Notes under the pieces: generated by a model
What the model was told of the DNA's origin: nothing
Databases searched by the model: none
Seen by the model: only the letters and a program-made list of their open reading frames with translations
Program-made: the position numbers and the translations under genes
Shown: in pieces, positions 1 through 7,605 of the stretch
How positions within the stretch are numbered: the stretch's first letter is position 1
How the letters are laid out: each line of letters opens with the position of its first letter
Assembly: GCA_030595765.1 (NCBI GenBank)
Contig: JAUVCJ010000010.1
Location: 1 to 23,203, forward strand
DNA length: 23,203 nucleotides
Source of the DNA: Thermoplasmatota archaeon
GTDB taxonomy: Archaea; Thermoplasmatota; Thermoplasmata; GCA-020350865; JAUVCJ01
Reading direction: 5' to 3'

Positions 1-39
1 AGGCGATGAGTATTTATTGGCCGGAGATAATCAATGTGT

Positions 40-91
40 TGCATGTACTGGACATACATGCAGGGGAAAGTCTGCACTTTAGACTTTCCCC
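40..91. other. Two adjacent perfect hairpins (8-bp stem 40-47/55-62; 11-bp stem 63-73/81-91)
   Basis: Read directly: tgcatgta-ctggaca-tacatgca is immediately followed by ggggaaagtct-gcacttt-agactttcccc. Plus frame 2 is open from the window edge to TAG at 80-82, so this may be the 3' end or terminator region of an upstream gene. Confidence 0.7.
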
Positions 92-143
92 ACCTACCTT
101 CATGGAGATACGGTAGCCTCGCGGTTATACTTTATAAACCACA

Positions 144-159
144 AGAGACTGTAGAAAAG
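144..159. repeat. Left terminal inverted repeat of the IS
   Basis: agagactgtagaaaag is the exact reverse complement of 1950-1965. Confidence 0.8.
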
Positions 160-313
160 TGTGCAACATTTTTCAGTAAGTGTGTATGTTTGGTTTGATT
201 TTTGTTTACTTTCTGCCTAGATGTGGCTTTTCATCAGATTATTGTTTGATATTCTGTCTGATTTCGTCTCTGTCCCAATTTGGTGTAGTTATTTGTTCAT
301 TTTTTCTTGGTTT

Positions 314-1882
314 TCAGCATATTCCTGGTTGTTTTCGATAGCTATCGCTATCCAGTAGTTTTATCATTCGTTTCAGATTTACTACGAGCCCTGTAAGGAT
401 TGCCTGCACGTTTACTTTTTCGAGGCCGTGATAACGTGCTCTGTTCAAGCCGTGAAATCGTTTCATTTCGGCTTGTTTTGGCTCGATGTGGGATCGGATC
501 TTCATGTCCTCTTTGTAGTCGTCGGTTTTGCTGTATTTGATTGCTTTCTGCTGGATATCATAGTCTTTGTTTATTGAGATGGTTCGAAATGACCTGGGTG
601 TGCATTTGTTTTTACTAGTGCATTGTTCACATGTATTCTTTCCAAAGAAATATACCCATGAATTGTTTCCTTTGTTCCAATAATGTTTACTGGTAGTATG
701 CCCTGCTGGGCATACCATTTTTTTCTTGTCATGGTCGTAATCGAATTTGTCTTTGGAATAGTATTCGCTGTTGTTATGAGATGTTCTTGGTGGTGCTATT
801 AACACTGTTTCCGTATCTTCTGCAAACTTACGGTTGTCTATAGTGCCATAGATACCATCTGCCCTTATTTTCTTTGGAGACAGCCCTTTTTCTTTCTGTC
901 TTTTTAAGTTCCCAGGCAATTGCGAATCATCACATGTATCTCCTGGTGTTACTTTAACGTCAGTGATTATCTGACGGTCGGTTTGAGATGTGTGTGCTTT
1001 GTAACCACAGAATGTTTTCTTGTCTGATTTTGCGCCCCAACGAGCATCTTTATCAACATTGCTTACCAACCGGCCTTTACCTTTTTTCTCTCTTTGCTTA
1101 AAATCAGTGCCGTCATCTGTTTCGACTTCTTTGATATAATCGTTCAAAATCGACTTGAGTTGTTCTATATATTCACTTGTTTCAGGACTTATGTTTACTC
1201 CCATATAAGCGAAGTGATCGATGAGGCTCTTTGCATCTATCACTACCCTCTTCAAGGTAGCTCTTTTTTCTCTCTCAGCCATCTTGAACTCTTTCTTTTC
1301 ATTGTTATCCAGATAGAATTCTCTGTTAACTGGACAATCACCATCATAGGATCTCAGGATTGATACTATAGCCTGTTTTACCAAAGCGATAGTTGTTGGT
1401 ATCGCTATATCAGCAATGATATGAGTTGCATCTATCGATTGGTTCTCATATTCATCAAGCAGACTCTTCTGCTTGAACTGCTCCAATATACGATTGAACA
1501 ATGTTCTATGCATATCCTCTCCCAAAGTGTTGCGAAATTTACCCGGAGCTGTAAAATGGAATACCATCTCATCCAGTTCATATCCCACAAACCACCGATA
1601 CACAAGATTTTCCACGATCTGATTTCTGAGCTGCCGCTCAGACAAACAGTACATATACTGGACAATCTCAGCTCTGAACATAATCTCAGGATAATTCGTA
1701 ACCTTCCGACCAATATCAGGTTCATATAGATCTTTACACTCTTTGTTCACGAAAGAGAAATCGATCTCTTCATTTATTCGATATAAAAGATGATTTCGAG
1801 ATACCACATTTTTGTAAACATCCTGGCTCAAAACAAATCTCGTTTCTTTTGGCTCATCTACAAAAACCATCCCATACACCAT
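314..1882 (-). CDS. IS1182/IS5-superfamily DDE transposase (522 aa)
   Basis: The N-terminal region is InsH/DUF772-like (YRINEEIDFSFV...YPEIMFRAEIVQYMYCLSERQL...RWFVGY). A Cys-rich insert is present (CPAGHTT...CEQCTSKNKC). The C-terminal DDE tail motif is EMKRFHGLNRARYHGLEKVNVQAILTGLVVNLKRM. The start is an ATG at 1882. Confidence 0.85.
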   Translation of the reverse strand: MVYGMVFVDEPKETRFVLSQDVYKNVVSRNHLLYRINEEIDFSFVNKECKDLYEPDIGRKVTNYPEIMFRAEIVQYMYCLSERQLRNQIVENLVYRWFVGYELDEMVFHFTAPGKFRNTLGEDMHRTLFNRILEQFKQKSLLDEYENQSIDATHIIADIAIPTTIALVKQAIVSILRSYDGDCPVNREFYLDNNEKKEFKMAEREKRATLKRVVIDAKSLIDHFAYMGVNISPETSEYIEQLKSILNDYIKEVETDDGTDFKQREKKGKGRLVSNVDKDARWGAKSDKKTFCGYKAHTSQTDRQIITDVKVTPGDTCDDSQLPGNLKRQKEKGLSPKKIRADGIYGTIDNRKFAEDTETVLIAPPRTSHNNSEYYSKDKFDYDHDKKKMVCPAGHTTSKHYWNKGNNSWVYFFGKNTCEQCTSKNKCTPRSFRTISINKDYDIQQKAIKYSKTDDYKEDMKIRSHIEPKQAEMKRFHGLNRARYHGLEKVNVQAILTGLVVNLKRMIKLLDSDSYRKQPGIC

Positions 1883-1949
1883 AGCCAGATAGGTTTCTGA
1901 CTATTAAAAGATGGCTCCGATTTATTACGCTGGCTAGTGAAATAGGTAG

Positions 1950-1965
1950 CTTTTCTACAGTCTCT
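1950..1965. repeat. Right terminal inverted repeat of the IS
   Basis: cttttctacagtctct lies 25 nt downstream of the stop codon of the C11 peptidase gene. Confidence 0.8.
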
Positions 1966-1990
1966 CTTTCAATTAGCTCTTCCCTTCCAT

Positions 1991-4552
1991 CTAGGCATCC
2001 GTCTCTTCCACTTTGCCTATTCCATCCATGTTATCATTTTTCTCTTCCAATCGCCCCTTCCCATCCATCTCGGCATCTTTCTCTTCCAATTGGCCCTTTC
2101 CATCCATCTCGGCAACTTTCTTTTCCAATTGGCCCTTTCCATCCATCTCGGCAACTTTCTCTTCCAATTGGCCAATCTCTCTCACTTTGCCATCTTTTCC
2201 TTCCAATGTGTCATCTTTTTCGTCCTGGTGGTTGCTGAATTTGCTCTTGAAGGCCTCACCAATTCCTCCCTTTGTCATTCTGGAAAGGGCATCGTGCCAT
2301 TCCTGGATATTCCTCTGGACCACCGGTGTAGGTGCAATTCTCGTAGGCGTAGGAAGGATGTAAGCATCCATCTGGGTTCCGTTCCAGAGGTAGCTTACCC
2401 TGAGCCAGGATGGATCGTTCTCATTTTTTGATAGGCGGGCAAGATCCACAACTCGTATGGAATCTATGGGGATTATGAACCGTTTGATACCATTGAATTC
2501 CAATCCATCTCCTGTTAGTATCAACTCTCCAAGATTCTCATATCGTTTCCTCTCCAGGTCGCTCTGGCCTGGTTTCAGGGCAGTTCCAGCCTGTACAAAG
2601 TAGGCCATGTTCTCATATTTGACAACCCCCCTTGGCCCTCCGCTGGTCTGTCTCTTTGGCACCTCTTTTCGCTTGAGAAGCAAACCTGCAGCCAGCAGAA
2701 CGACCAAAAACGCCTCTATCAATACGATCGCCAGCAATGGTAATAGTAACGTATCCTTCTCTTCTGGCAGTTCTAGGTCAAGTAGGGAGCTTAGTTGCAG
2801 GGAATCGACACCATCTTCCAGAACAGTTATGCTCACGCTCATGACCTCATTATACTCTGCTCTCAATTCAAGTGCCTGCCCTTGGGATATCCATTTTGGT
2901 ATGAGTACCCTGGTAGAGAAGCCTTCAGAATCCTGAATCAAAGATACTCTGGCATTTGTTGCCAGGTTCGTGAGTGTAATTTTCGCTCCCTGAATGGTTC
3001 TGCCTGTGGTGTCCTGCACATTCCCAGAAAGGCTGAGCCATTTCTCGATGATGAGCTCCATCTCCATCCAGAGGTGAGCTTCTATGCTGCCAGGGTTGAT
3101 GGTTATGTAGAGCGCTGTGTTGTAGTAACCCGCAGGCAGGTTGTCGAACTCTAAGGAACCCACTCCAAGATCAGATGGATTAACTTCCTTGATAGCAACG
3201 AATTTACCCATATTATCATATATCTCGGCCACCACCGGGTTTGACCCCTGGTTTGATGTGAATTCCAGTCTGAGAGTGTCATTGAGCCCGTTGCCGCTTA
3301 GGTCTTGTGAGGTAGGAGTGGCATTAAGCACCGCACCACCTGTGAATTGAGGGTCCAGGTCCATGGTCTGGAGGAATGACCACCAGGTGCAGTTAGCTCC
3401 AAAATCGGTTTGCAAATAAGAGGGGTTGAGATATTCATCCACAGGAAACCAGATCCCCAAGCCATGAGCGTTCTCGACCGAGGTTCCTTTCGGGTCGATG
3501 TCGCTTGTCCAGTGTCTTTCCACAATAACAGCTTTGTCGATGAGATCCAAAAGCTCTCCAGCAACTTGTCTCAGCGGAAGATAGGGAACCCGGCTTTCCA
3601 GAAGGCTTGCGAAATGAAAAAGATCCACTGGCTCGGGGGTGGCATGATATTGTTCCGTATCGTTTCTAGCATCCCTTATCCAGGTGCTCAGGTGGGGGTA
3701 ATTGTCTGTGAGCAGGTTCGAAAGCTTCGATATCCCCTCAACCACCTCCTCGATCGAATCCAGGTCTATCAGAGACTGGGCGGCTGAATGGGCGCTGTTG
3801 TTCGCAGACCAGTCCACAAAGATGTTCACGATGGAGGTGCCCAGAGCCCTTCCGTCCATGTACGGGCTGCTGGCAAGCCCATCCAGTATCAAGTCGTAAG
3901 GTAACCCACGGTCGTCTTCCTCCTTCTCGGAAGCCACTGATAGGTTTGCAAGCCCCCGAAGCTGATAGAATACCTCCACCATTGCCTGGTTGCACACATC
4001 AAAGCCGATAAGGTCCAGCTTCTTTCCCAATGGAAGTATGCCATTTCTAAGCTCAGTCATTTCCAGGTAGTCGGACCCATCTGGAGATACTCCTTTCCAC
4101 CCCCTGCCATGACCCCACATTATCAGTGCGTACCTCTGGGCAGGGAATTCGTTGATAGACCACTGCAGAAAATCCTGCAGGGCATTAGCTGTGCCCATGT
4201 TCGTCTCTCCAATGCTCCACTGATCATGCCCTTCAACGTAGCTGTGAAACAGATCGGTGTCATTGTCCTGCTGCACCAGGAACCGCCTGGTGTCGGTCCA
4301 GTCCCCGTTCGTGTCGTCATGACCTGTATCTCTATCGAACTGAACCACTATGTTCAATTCATCTGTGGAGCCAACTAGCTCCATCTCGTTGAGGTCCTCT
4401 ACTGCGAGTCTTTCCAGCTCGTTATCCCCCGACATGTAGACCATGAATGTCCATTTTGCAACAGGGAGCTCTGCTGCCTGGACATGGACTCCAGGAGCTA
4501 ACAATGAGCCTGCGAATAGAAAGATAATAAGGATTGGGAACATCTTTTTCAT
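1991..4552 (-). CDS. Membrane-anchored clostripain-like cysteine peptidase (MEROPS C11-like), 853 aa, with a cytoplasmic PH-like domain and a repeat tail
   Basis: A signal peptide MKKMFPILIIFLFAGSLLAPGVHVQA starts at ATG 4552; the track's start at 4621 adds 23 non-signal residues. C11 motifs are WTFMVYMSGDNELE, the catalytic His in LIMWGHGRGW and the catalytic Cys in LIGFDVCNQA. Beta-rich domains follow, then a TM helix (LLLPLLAIVLIEAFLVVLLAAGLLL-KRK), then a ~210-aa tail. A TATA-like box at 4577-4587 fits the 4552 start. Confidence 0.75.
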   Translation of the reverse strand: MKKMFPILIIFLFAGSLLAPGVHVQAAELPVAKWTFMVYMSGDNELERLAVEDLNEMELVGSTDELNIVVQFDRDTGHDDTNGDWTDTRRFLVQQDNDTDLFHSYVEGHDQWSIGETNMGTANALQDFLQWSINEFPAQRYALIMWGHGRGWKGVSPDGSDYLEMTELRNGILPLGKKLDLIGFDVCNQAMVEVFYQLRGLANLSVASEKEEDDRGLPYDLILDGLASSPYMDGRALGTSIVNIFVDWSANNSAHSAAQSLIDLDSIEEVVEGISKLSNLLTDNYPHLSTWIRDARNDTEQYHATPEPVDLFHFASLLESRVPYLPLRQVAGELLDLIDKAVIVERHWTSDIDPKGTSVENAHGLGIWFPVDEYLNPSYLQTDFGANCTWWSFLQTMDLDPQFTGGAVLNATPTSQDLSGNGLNDTLRLEFTSNQGSNPVVAEIYDNMGKFVAIKEVNPSDLGVGSLEFDNLPAGYYNTALYITINPGSIEAHLWMEMELIIEKWLSLSGNVQDTTGRTIQGAKITLTNLATNARVSLIQDSEGFSTRVLIPKWISQGQALELRAEYNEVMSVSITVLEDGVDSLQLSSLLDLELPEEKDTLLLPLLAIVLIEAFLVVLLAAGLLLKRKEVPKRQTSGGPRGVVKYENMAYFVQAGTALKPGQSDLERKRYENLGELILTGDGLEFNGIKRFIIPIDSIRVVDLARLSKNENDPSWLRVSYLWNGTQMDAYILPTPTRIAPTPVVQRNIQEWHDALSRMTKGGIGEAFKSKFSNHQDEKDDTLEGKDGKVREIGQLEEKVAEMDGKGQLEKKVAEMDGKGQLEEKDAEMDGKGRLEEKNDNMDGIGKVEETDA
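1994..2173 (-). repeat. In-frame tandem repeat, 39 nt (13 aa) x ~4.6, forming the C-terminal tail of the C11 peptidase
   Basis: The tail reads GQLEEKVAEMDGK / GQLEKKVAEMDGK / GQLEEKDAEMDGK / GRLEEKNDNMDGI / GKVEETDA. The DNA units are visibly near-identical at 2057-2173. Confidence 0.85.
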
Positions 4553-4576
4553 GACAACATCAAATTGCCAATGCGG

Positions 4577-4587
4577 TTTATTAATAG
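4577..4587 (-). promoter_or_regulatory. TATA-like box for the C11 peptidase gene
   Basis: The minus strand reads CTATTAATAAA, centred ~26-30 nt upstream of ATG 4552. Confidence 0.35.
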
Positions 4588-4651
4588 TTTTGCCGAGATC
4601 CAACCATAAAAAGAGCCTCATGCAGAGCAGTTTTGGCTGAAGTTGAGAAAT

Positions 4652-5185
4652 TCATTTACTGTTTTTCGAGATAAGAAGTTCGCTGGCGGTCAGGATCGCT
4701 TGAAAGGGAATGCCGTGCTCTTTCATGAGTGTTGATGCTCCTTCCTCTCTGTCCACCACTACCAAGGCTCTGACGACCTTTAAACCAGCATCCGTGAGGA
4801 TTTTGGCGGTTTTGACAATGGAGCCGCCACTGGTAGCCACATCTTCAACAATGGTCACGCGCTCCCCGCTTTTGAAAGCACCCTCAATTCCTTTGCCGGT
4901 CCCATGGGCCCTGTCTCCTTTGCGCACCATCAGGTAGGGAATGTTGGTTTCCAGGGAAGTCGCTACAGCTAGCGGCACCGCCCCGAGCTCCATGCCTGCG
5001 ATCCGCTCCCCTTCAACTTGCTCTGCCAGGCAGGTCGCCATGAGCCTGAGCAGGTCTGGAAGCGTGGAGGCTTTCTTGATGTTGACATAATACTGGCTCT
5101 TTTTTCCGCTGGTCAGGGTAAAATCGCCAAATTGGACTGCCTTGCAACGAATGAGGCCATCCAGTAGTTCATTTTTAATGCTCAT
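4652..5185 (-). CDS. pyrE: Orotate phosphoribosyltransferase
   Basis: 177 aa. The N-terminus reads AVQFGDFTLTSGKKSQYYVN. The PRPP-binding motif is RVTIVEDVATSGGS. The start is an ATG at 5185. Confidence 0.9.
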   Translation of the reverse strand: MSIKNELLDGLIRCKAVQFGDFTLTSGKKSQYYVNIKKASTLPDLLRLMATCLAEQVEGERIAGMELGAVPLAVATSLETNIPYLMVRKGDRAHGTGKGIEGAFKSGERVTIVEDVATSGGSIVKTAKILTDAGLKVVRALVVVDREEGASTLMKEHGIPFQAILTASELLISKNSK

Positions 5186-5252
5186 GTCACCGCCAAATTC
5201 ATAATTTCCTTCTTCTCTCCAATCAATAACTGACAGAACACTTATCTCAGAA

Positions 5253-5387
5253 CTATTTTTTCTTATCCGAACAGGCTACGCAGATACCCATCTGAACCCA
5301 GAAACAATTTGAACATACATGTTTTCCGCAATTGATGCATTTGTGGTCAAGACCATCCTTTCCGCAAATAGCGCAGGTTTCACTCAT
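5253..5387 (-). CDS. Small zinc-ribbon protein (44 aa), not in the supplied ORF track
   Basis: Manual translation gives MSETCAICGKDGLDHKCINCGKHVCSNCFWVQMGICVACSDKKK*, with four CxxC pairs. Its ATG lies 4 nt after the carS stop (TGA-TATT-ATG), which suggests translational coupling. Confidence 0.5.
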   Translation of the reverse strand: MSETCAICGKDGLDHKCINCGKHVCSNCFWVQMGICVACSDKKK

Positions 5388-5391
5388 AATA

Positions 5392-5964
5392 TCACCACGG
5401 CACGTCCTTGTGTCCCATCCTGAAACCGAGGACGTTGACCCCCCGATGTAGTAGGGGGGTTATTACAATTACGCTTAGAAAGGAGATCCAACCCTGTCCA
5501 TGGACGAAGCTGTCAAGGAACCATCCCATGTCGAAAATGCAGATCAATAGCCAACTTCCAAGGAGGAAATCATACTGGTCCAGTATCGGGGTCTTGGCTC
5601 CGCGCTCCCTGCCCATTCTTCTCTTGAAATAGGAGCCTAACATGTCTCCGAGCATCGCACCGAAGGCCAGTAGAGCAACACGGAATAGAGATTGAGGAAA
5701 TTGACCAAATGTCCATGCCTGCGAGGCGCCAACAACTGATGCCAATCCGATGATTATGAGCCCAAGAGTTGTGCCACTGATGGTTCCGCCTGCCCACCCC
5801 CTCCAGGTCTTTCCATCACCCAACAATCGTTTTCCGTCTCTAGCGTTTTTACCCATGTCAACAGGCTTTCCCCCTCCGAACAGCACTGCCATGGGGTTTG
5901 CTGCGTAGGATGGGAGAGTAAGCCAGAACCCCAGAATAACAGAGACAAAGATGACTTCTAACAT
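5392..5964 (-). CDS. carS: CDP-archaeol synthase (CDP-2,3-bis-O-geranylgeranyl-sn-glycerol synthase)
   Basis: Motifs read LPSYAANPMAVLFGGGKPVDMG...DGKRLLGDGKTWRGW...GDMLGSYFKRRMG...PILDQYDF. The track start at 5982 is a GTG. ATG 5964 (MLEVIF...) fits a TATA-like box at 5987-5994. Confidence 0.85.
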   Translation of the reverse strand: MLEVIFVSVILGFWLTLPSYAANPMAVLFGGGKPVDMGKNARDGKRLLGDGKTWRGWAGGTISGTTLGLIIIGLASVVGASQAWTFGQFPQSLFRVALLAFGAMLGDMLGSYFKRRMGRERGAKTPILDQYDFLLGSWLLICIFDMGWFLDSFVHGQGWISFLSVIVITPLLHRGVNVLGFRMGHKDVPW

Positions 5965-5986
5965 CCAGAATCCCAAGAGCACCAGG

Positions 5987-5994
5987 ATAGTTAA
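5987..5994 (-). promoter_or_regulatory. TATA-like box for the carS / zinc-ribbon ORF (possibly pyrE) unit
   Basis: The minus strand reads TTAACTAT, centred ~26 nt upstream of ATG 5964, implying a leaderless transcript. Confidence 0.35.
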
Positions 5995-6231
5995 GGTTTC
6001 CCTAATTGAGTAACATTTTCTCTAGCCATAGAGTTGAACTGCTCGCCCTTGGTAGAAAGTCACATCGTGATACCGTTACTGATAGTTCCTGTTTATGGCC
6101 TTACAAACCTCACTCATATCTAGAGAGCTATAGAGTGCCGGTGATGCTTCCGATGCCTTTGTTACATCCCTCCTGATAATACTCTATCTATGGGAAACTA
6201 CAAGGTTATTAAAGGAGGAGGGCGTTCGGCG

Positions 6232-6239
6232 AAATATAA
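6232..6239 (+). promoter_or_regulatory. TATA-like box
   Basis: AAATATAA is centred ~27-29 nt upstream of ATG 6265. This favours the internal start over the track start at 6190. Confidence 0.35.
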
Positions 6240-6264
6240 CCGAACATCCCGGGGACTAACGAAA

Positions 6265-6585
6265 ATGAAGCTCCAGCCCATTGATGACGTCAACTATCAT
6301 ATTGCCCTGAACAAGGGGCGGACCAAGGATGTTCAAATCCAATGGAAAACCGGCCAGATATGCCTTTCATTCAACAATATCTTTCTGACTGGAGAAAATA
6401 CGGTATATGAGATACCCCTGGGAGATGTTAGCTCCATTGACATCATAGAGAACGACAAGACTAAGCTACTTTTCAACCTCAATAGCATAAAGGTCTGTGT
6501 CAACTCCGAGAATCCTGCCAGGCTCAGGGCGCTTCGTCATTTTCTGCTCCCGTTCATCAATGAAAGGCCGGATGCCGGATCCTGA
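6265..6585 (+). CDS. Hypothetical small protein (106 aa) with a PH/GRAM-like pattern
   Basis: The ORF track gives 6190-6585. The pattern GQICLSFNNIFLTGENTVYEIPLGDVSSIDII followed by a terminal helix (ARLRALRHFLLPFI) resembles the cytoplasmic domain of the C11 peptidase (GELILTGDGLEFNGIKRFIIPIDSIRVVDL). The function is unknown. Confidence 0.45.
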   Translation: MKLQPIDDVNYHIALNKGRTKDVQIQWKTGQICLSFNNIFLTGENTVYEIPLGDVSSIDIIENDKTKLLFNLNSIKVCVNSENPARLRALRHFLLPFINERPDAGS

Positions 6586-6590
6586 TTGGA

Positions 6591-7574
6591 TTATTCACCC
6601 ACAGTGCGTAAGGTTTTTTTCCCCTTTCCCTTCATCTTAATGCTCCTTTTGGTTGGCTTCAAATCCCCTTTTTCAAAGGCCATTAGCATGTCCTTTACTC
6701 CTTCCAACCTAGGAACCTCCAGCAGAACAGCCATTGTTTTGTATCTGGGTATGATCCTGAATATCTCCTCGGCCATGTGTTTCTCCCTGGCCTTCTCCAG
6801 CCTTTCGAATCCCTTTATGCTGGTTATGTCCCTGTCCCATGCCAGTGCAAATTTCTGGGGACTATCAGCAGGATATCTACGATGTTTGAGCTTGCGAATT
6901 CTGATGCTGTGCTCCACCAGCTCTCTGCCGGATATTTTTGAACAGTATTCAAGGGTGTATCGCTCCTCGCTCATGTCTATGGCTATTAGAGGAATGGCAT
7001 TCTTCCTGCAGTAATCTAGAGCTTCGATGTATTCTGTAGGGGGTGCCTTAACCTCACCGAAGTTAGCCAGATATCGGGAGTATATCTCCTCATACCTTGA
7101 AGGGCAATGATCCTCGATATCATCATGGCTCTCATCATCTTCATCGTCATAATTGTCATCATCACCGTCTTTATCTATGTCATACTCATCGTCTTCATCA
7201 TCTTCAGCATCTTCATAATTGTCATCTTCATTAGCGCCATCATCTTCATCATTTTTAGCAACTTTAGCATTTTTCTCAACGTTGGCATCTGCATCATTTT
7301 TGACATCTTGAGCACCCTCACCATTGTCTTCATCCATTCTGGTCTCTCTTTCATCATCTGGCTCCAAGATGTCCCGTTCTTTTTGGGTTTTTTTCTGGTC
7401 TTCTTCGCCTGTTGCATTGACATGTTTTTCTAGGGCAAACAGCTGCTCTCTTGGGAGCGGAATGGTCATTGCCTGGGGTTTAAACCTCTCAAGGGCGGCT
7501 CTTACCCTTTTACCTTCGGATACGAGCCCTGGAACCGATGAGATCAATTGTATGCGAGAACCCAGGAGATCCAT
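6591..7574 (-). CDS. TraB/PrgY-family-like protein with degenerate signature motifs and a ~100-aa acidic insert
   Basis: It is colinear with the TraB layout as I remember it. IQLISSVPGLVSEGKRVRAALERFKPQAMTIPL sits where LIGTAHVS...V(E)L is expected. EALDYCRKNAIPLIAIDMSE matches the middle motif. REKHMAEEIFRIIPRYKTMAVLLEVPRLEGV sits where ERDxYMA...VVGAGHL is expected. The D/E-rich insert is encoded at about 7100-7400. The track start at 7628 is a TTG that overlaps the upstream gene, so ATG 7574 is preferred. CDS confidence is higher than the family call. Confidence 0.45.
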   Translation of the reverse strand: MDLLGSRIQLISSVPGLVSEGKRVRAALERFKPQAMTIPLPREQLFALEKHVNATGEEDQKKTQKERDILEPDDERETRMDEDNGEGAQDVKNDADANVEKNAKVAKNDEDDGANEDDNYEDAEDDEDDEYDIDKDGDDDNYDDEDDESHDDIEDHCPSRYEEIYSRYLANFGEVKAPPTEYIEALDYCRKNAIPLIAIDMSEERYTLEYCSKISGRELVEHSIRIRKLKHRRYPADSPQKFALAWDRDITSIKGFERLEKAREKHMAEEIFRIIPRYKTMAVLLEVPRLEGVKDMLMAFEKGDLKPTKRSIKMKGKGKKTLRTVGE

Positions 7575-7605
7575 TCCAATTTCTTCGTCATCCAAGATCC
7601 TCACC

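Larger units (their letters stand above)
144..1965 (-). mobile_element. IS1182-family insertion sequence, apparently intact (1822 bp)
   Basis: Perfect 16-bp terminal inverted repeats (AGAGACTGTAGAAAAG at 144-159, its reverse complement at 1950-1965) bracket a single uninterrupted 522-aa transposase ORF. No clear target-site duplication is visible. The element looks more AT-rich than its surroundings by eye. Confidence 0.75.

Noticed and set aside
1094-1729. Three 89-102-aa ORFs inside or antisense to the transposase gene.
   Set aside because: They are fully nested in the transposase CDS, which has clear family motifs, and they have no features of their own.
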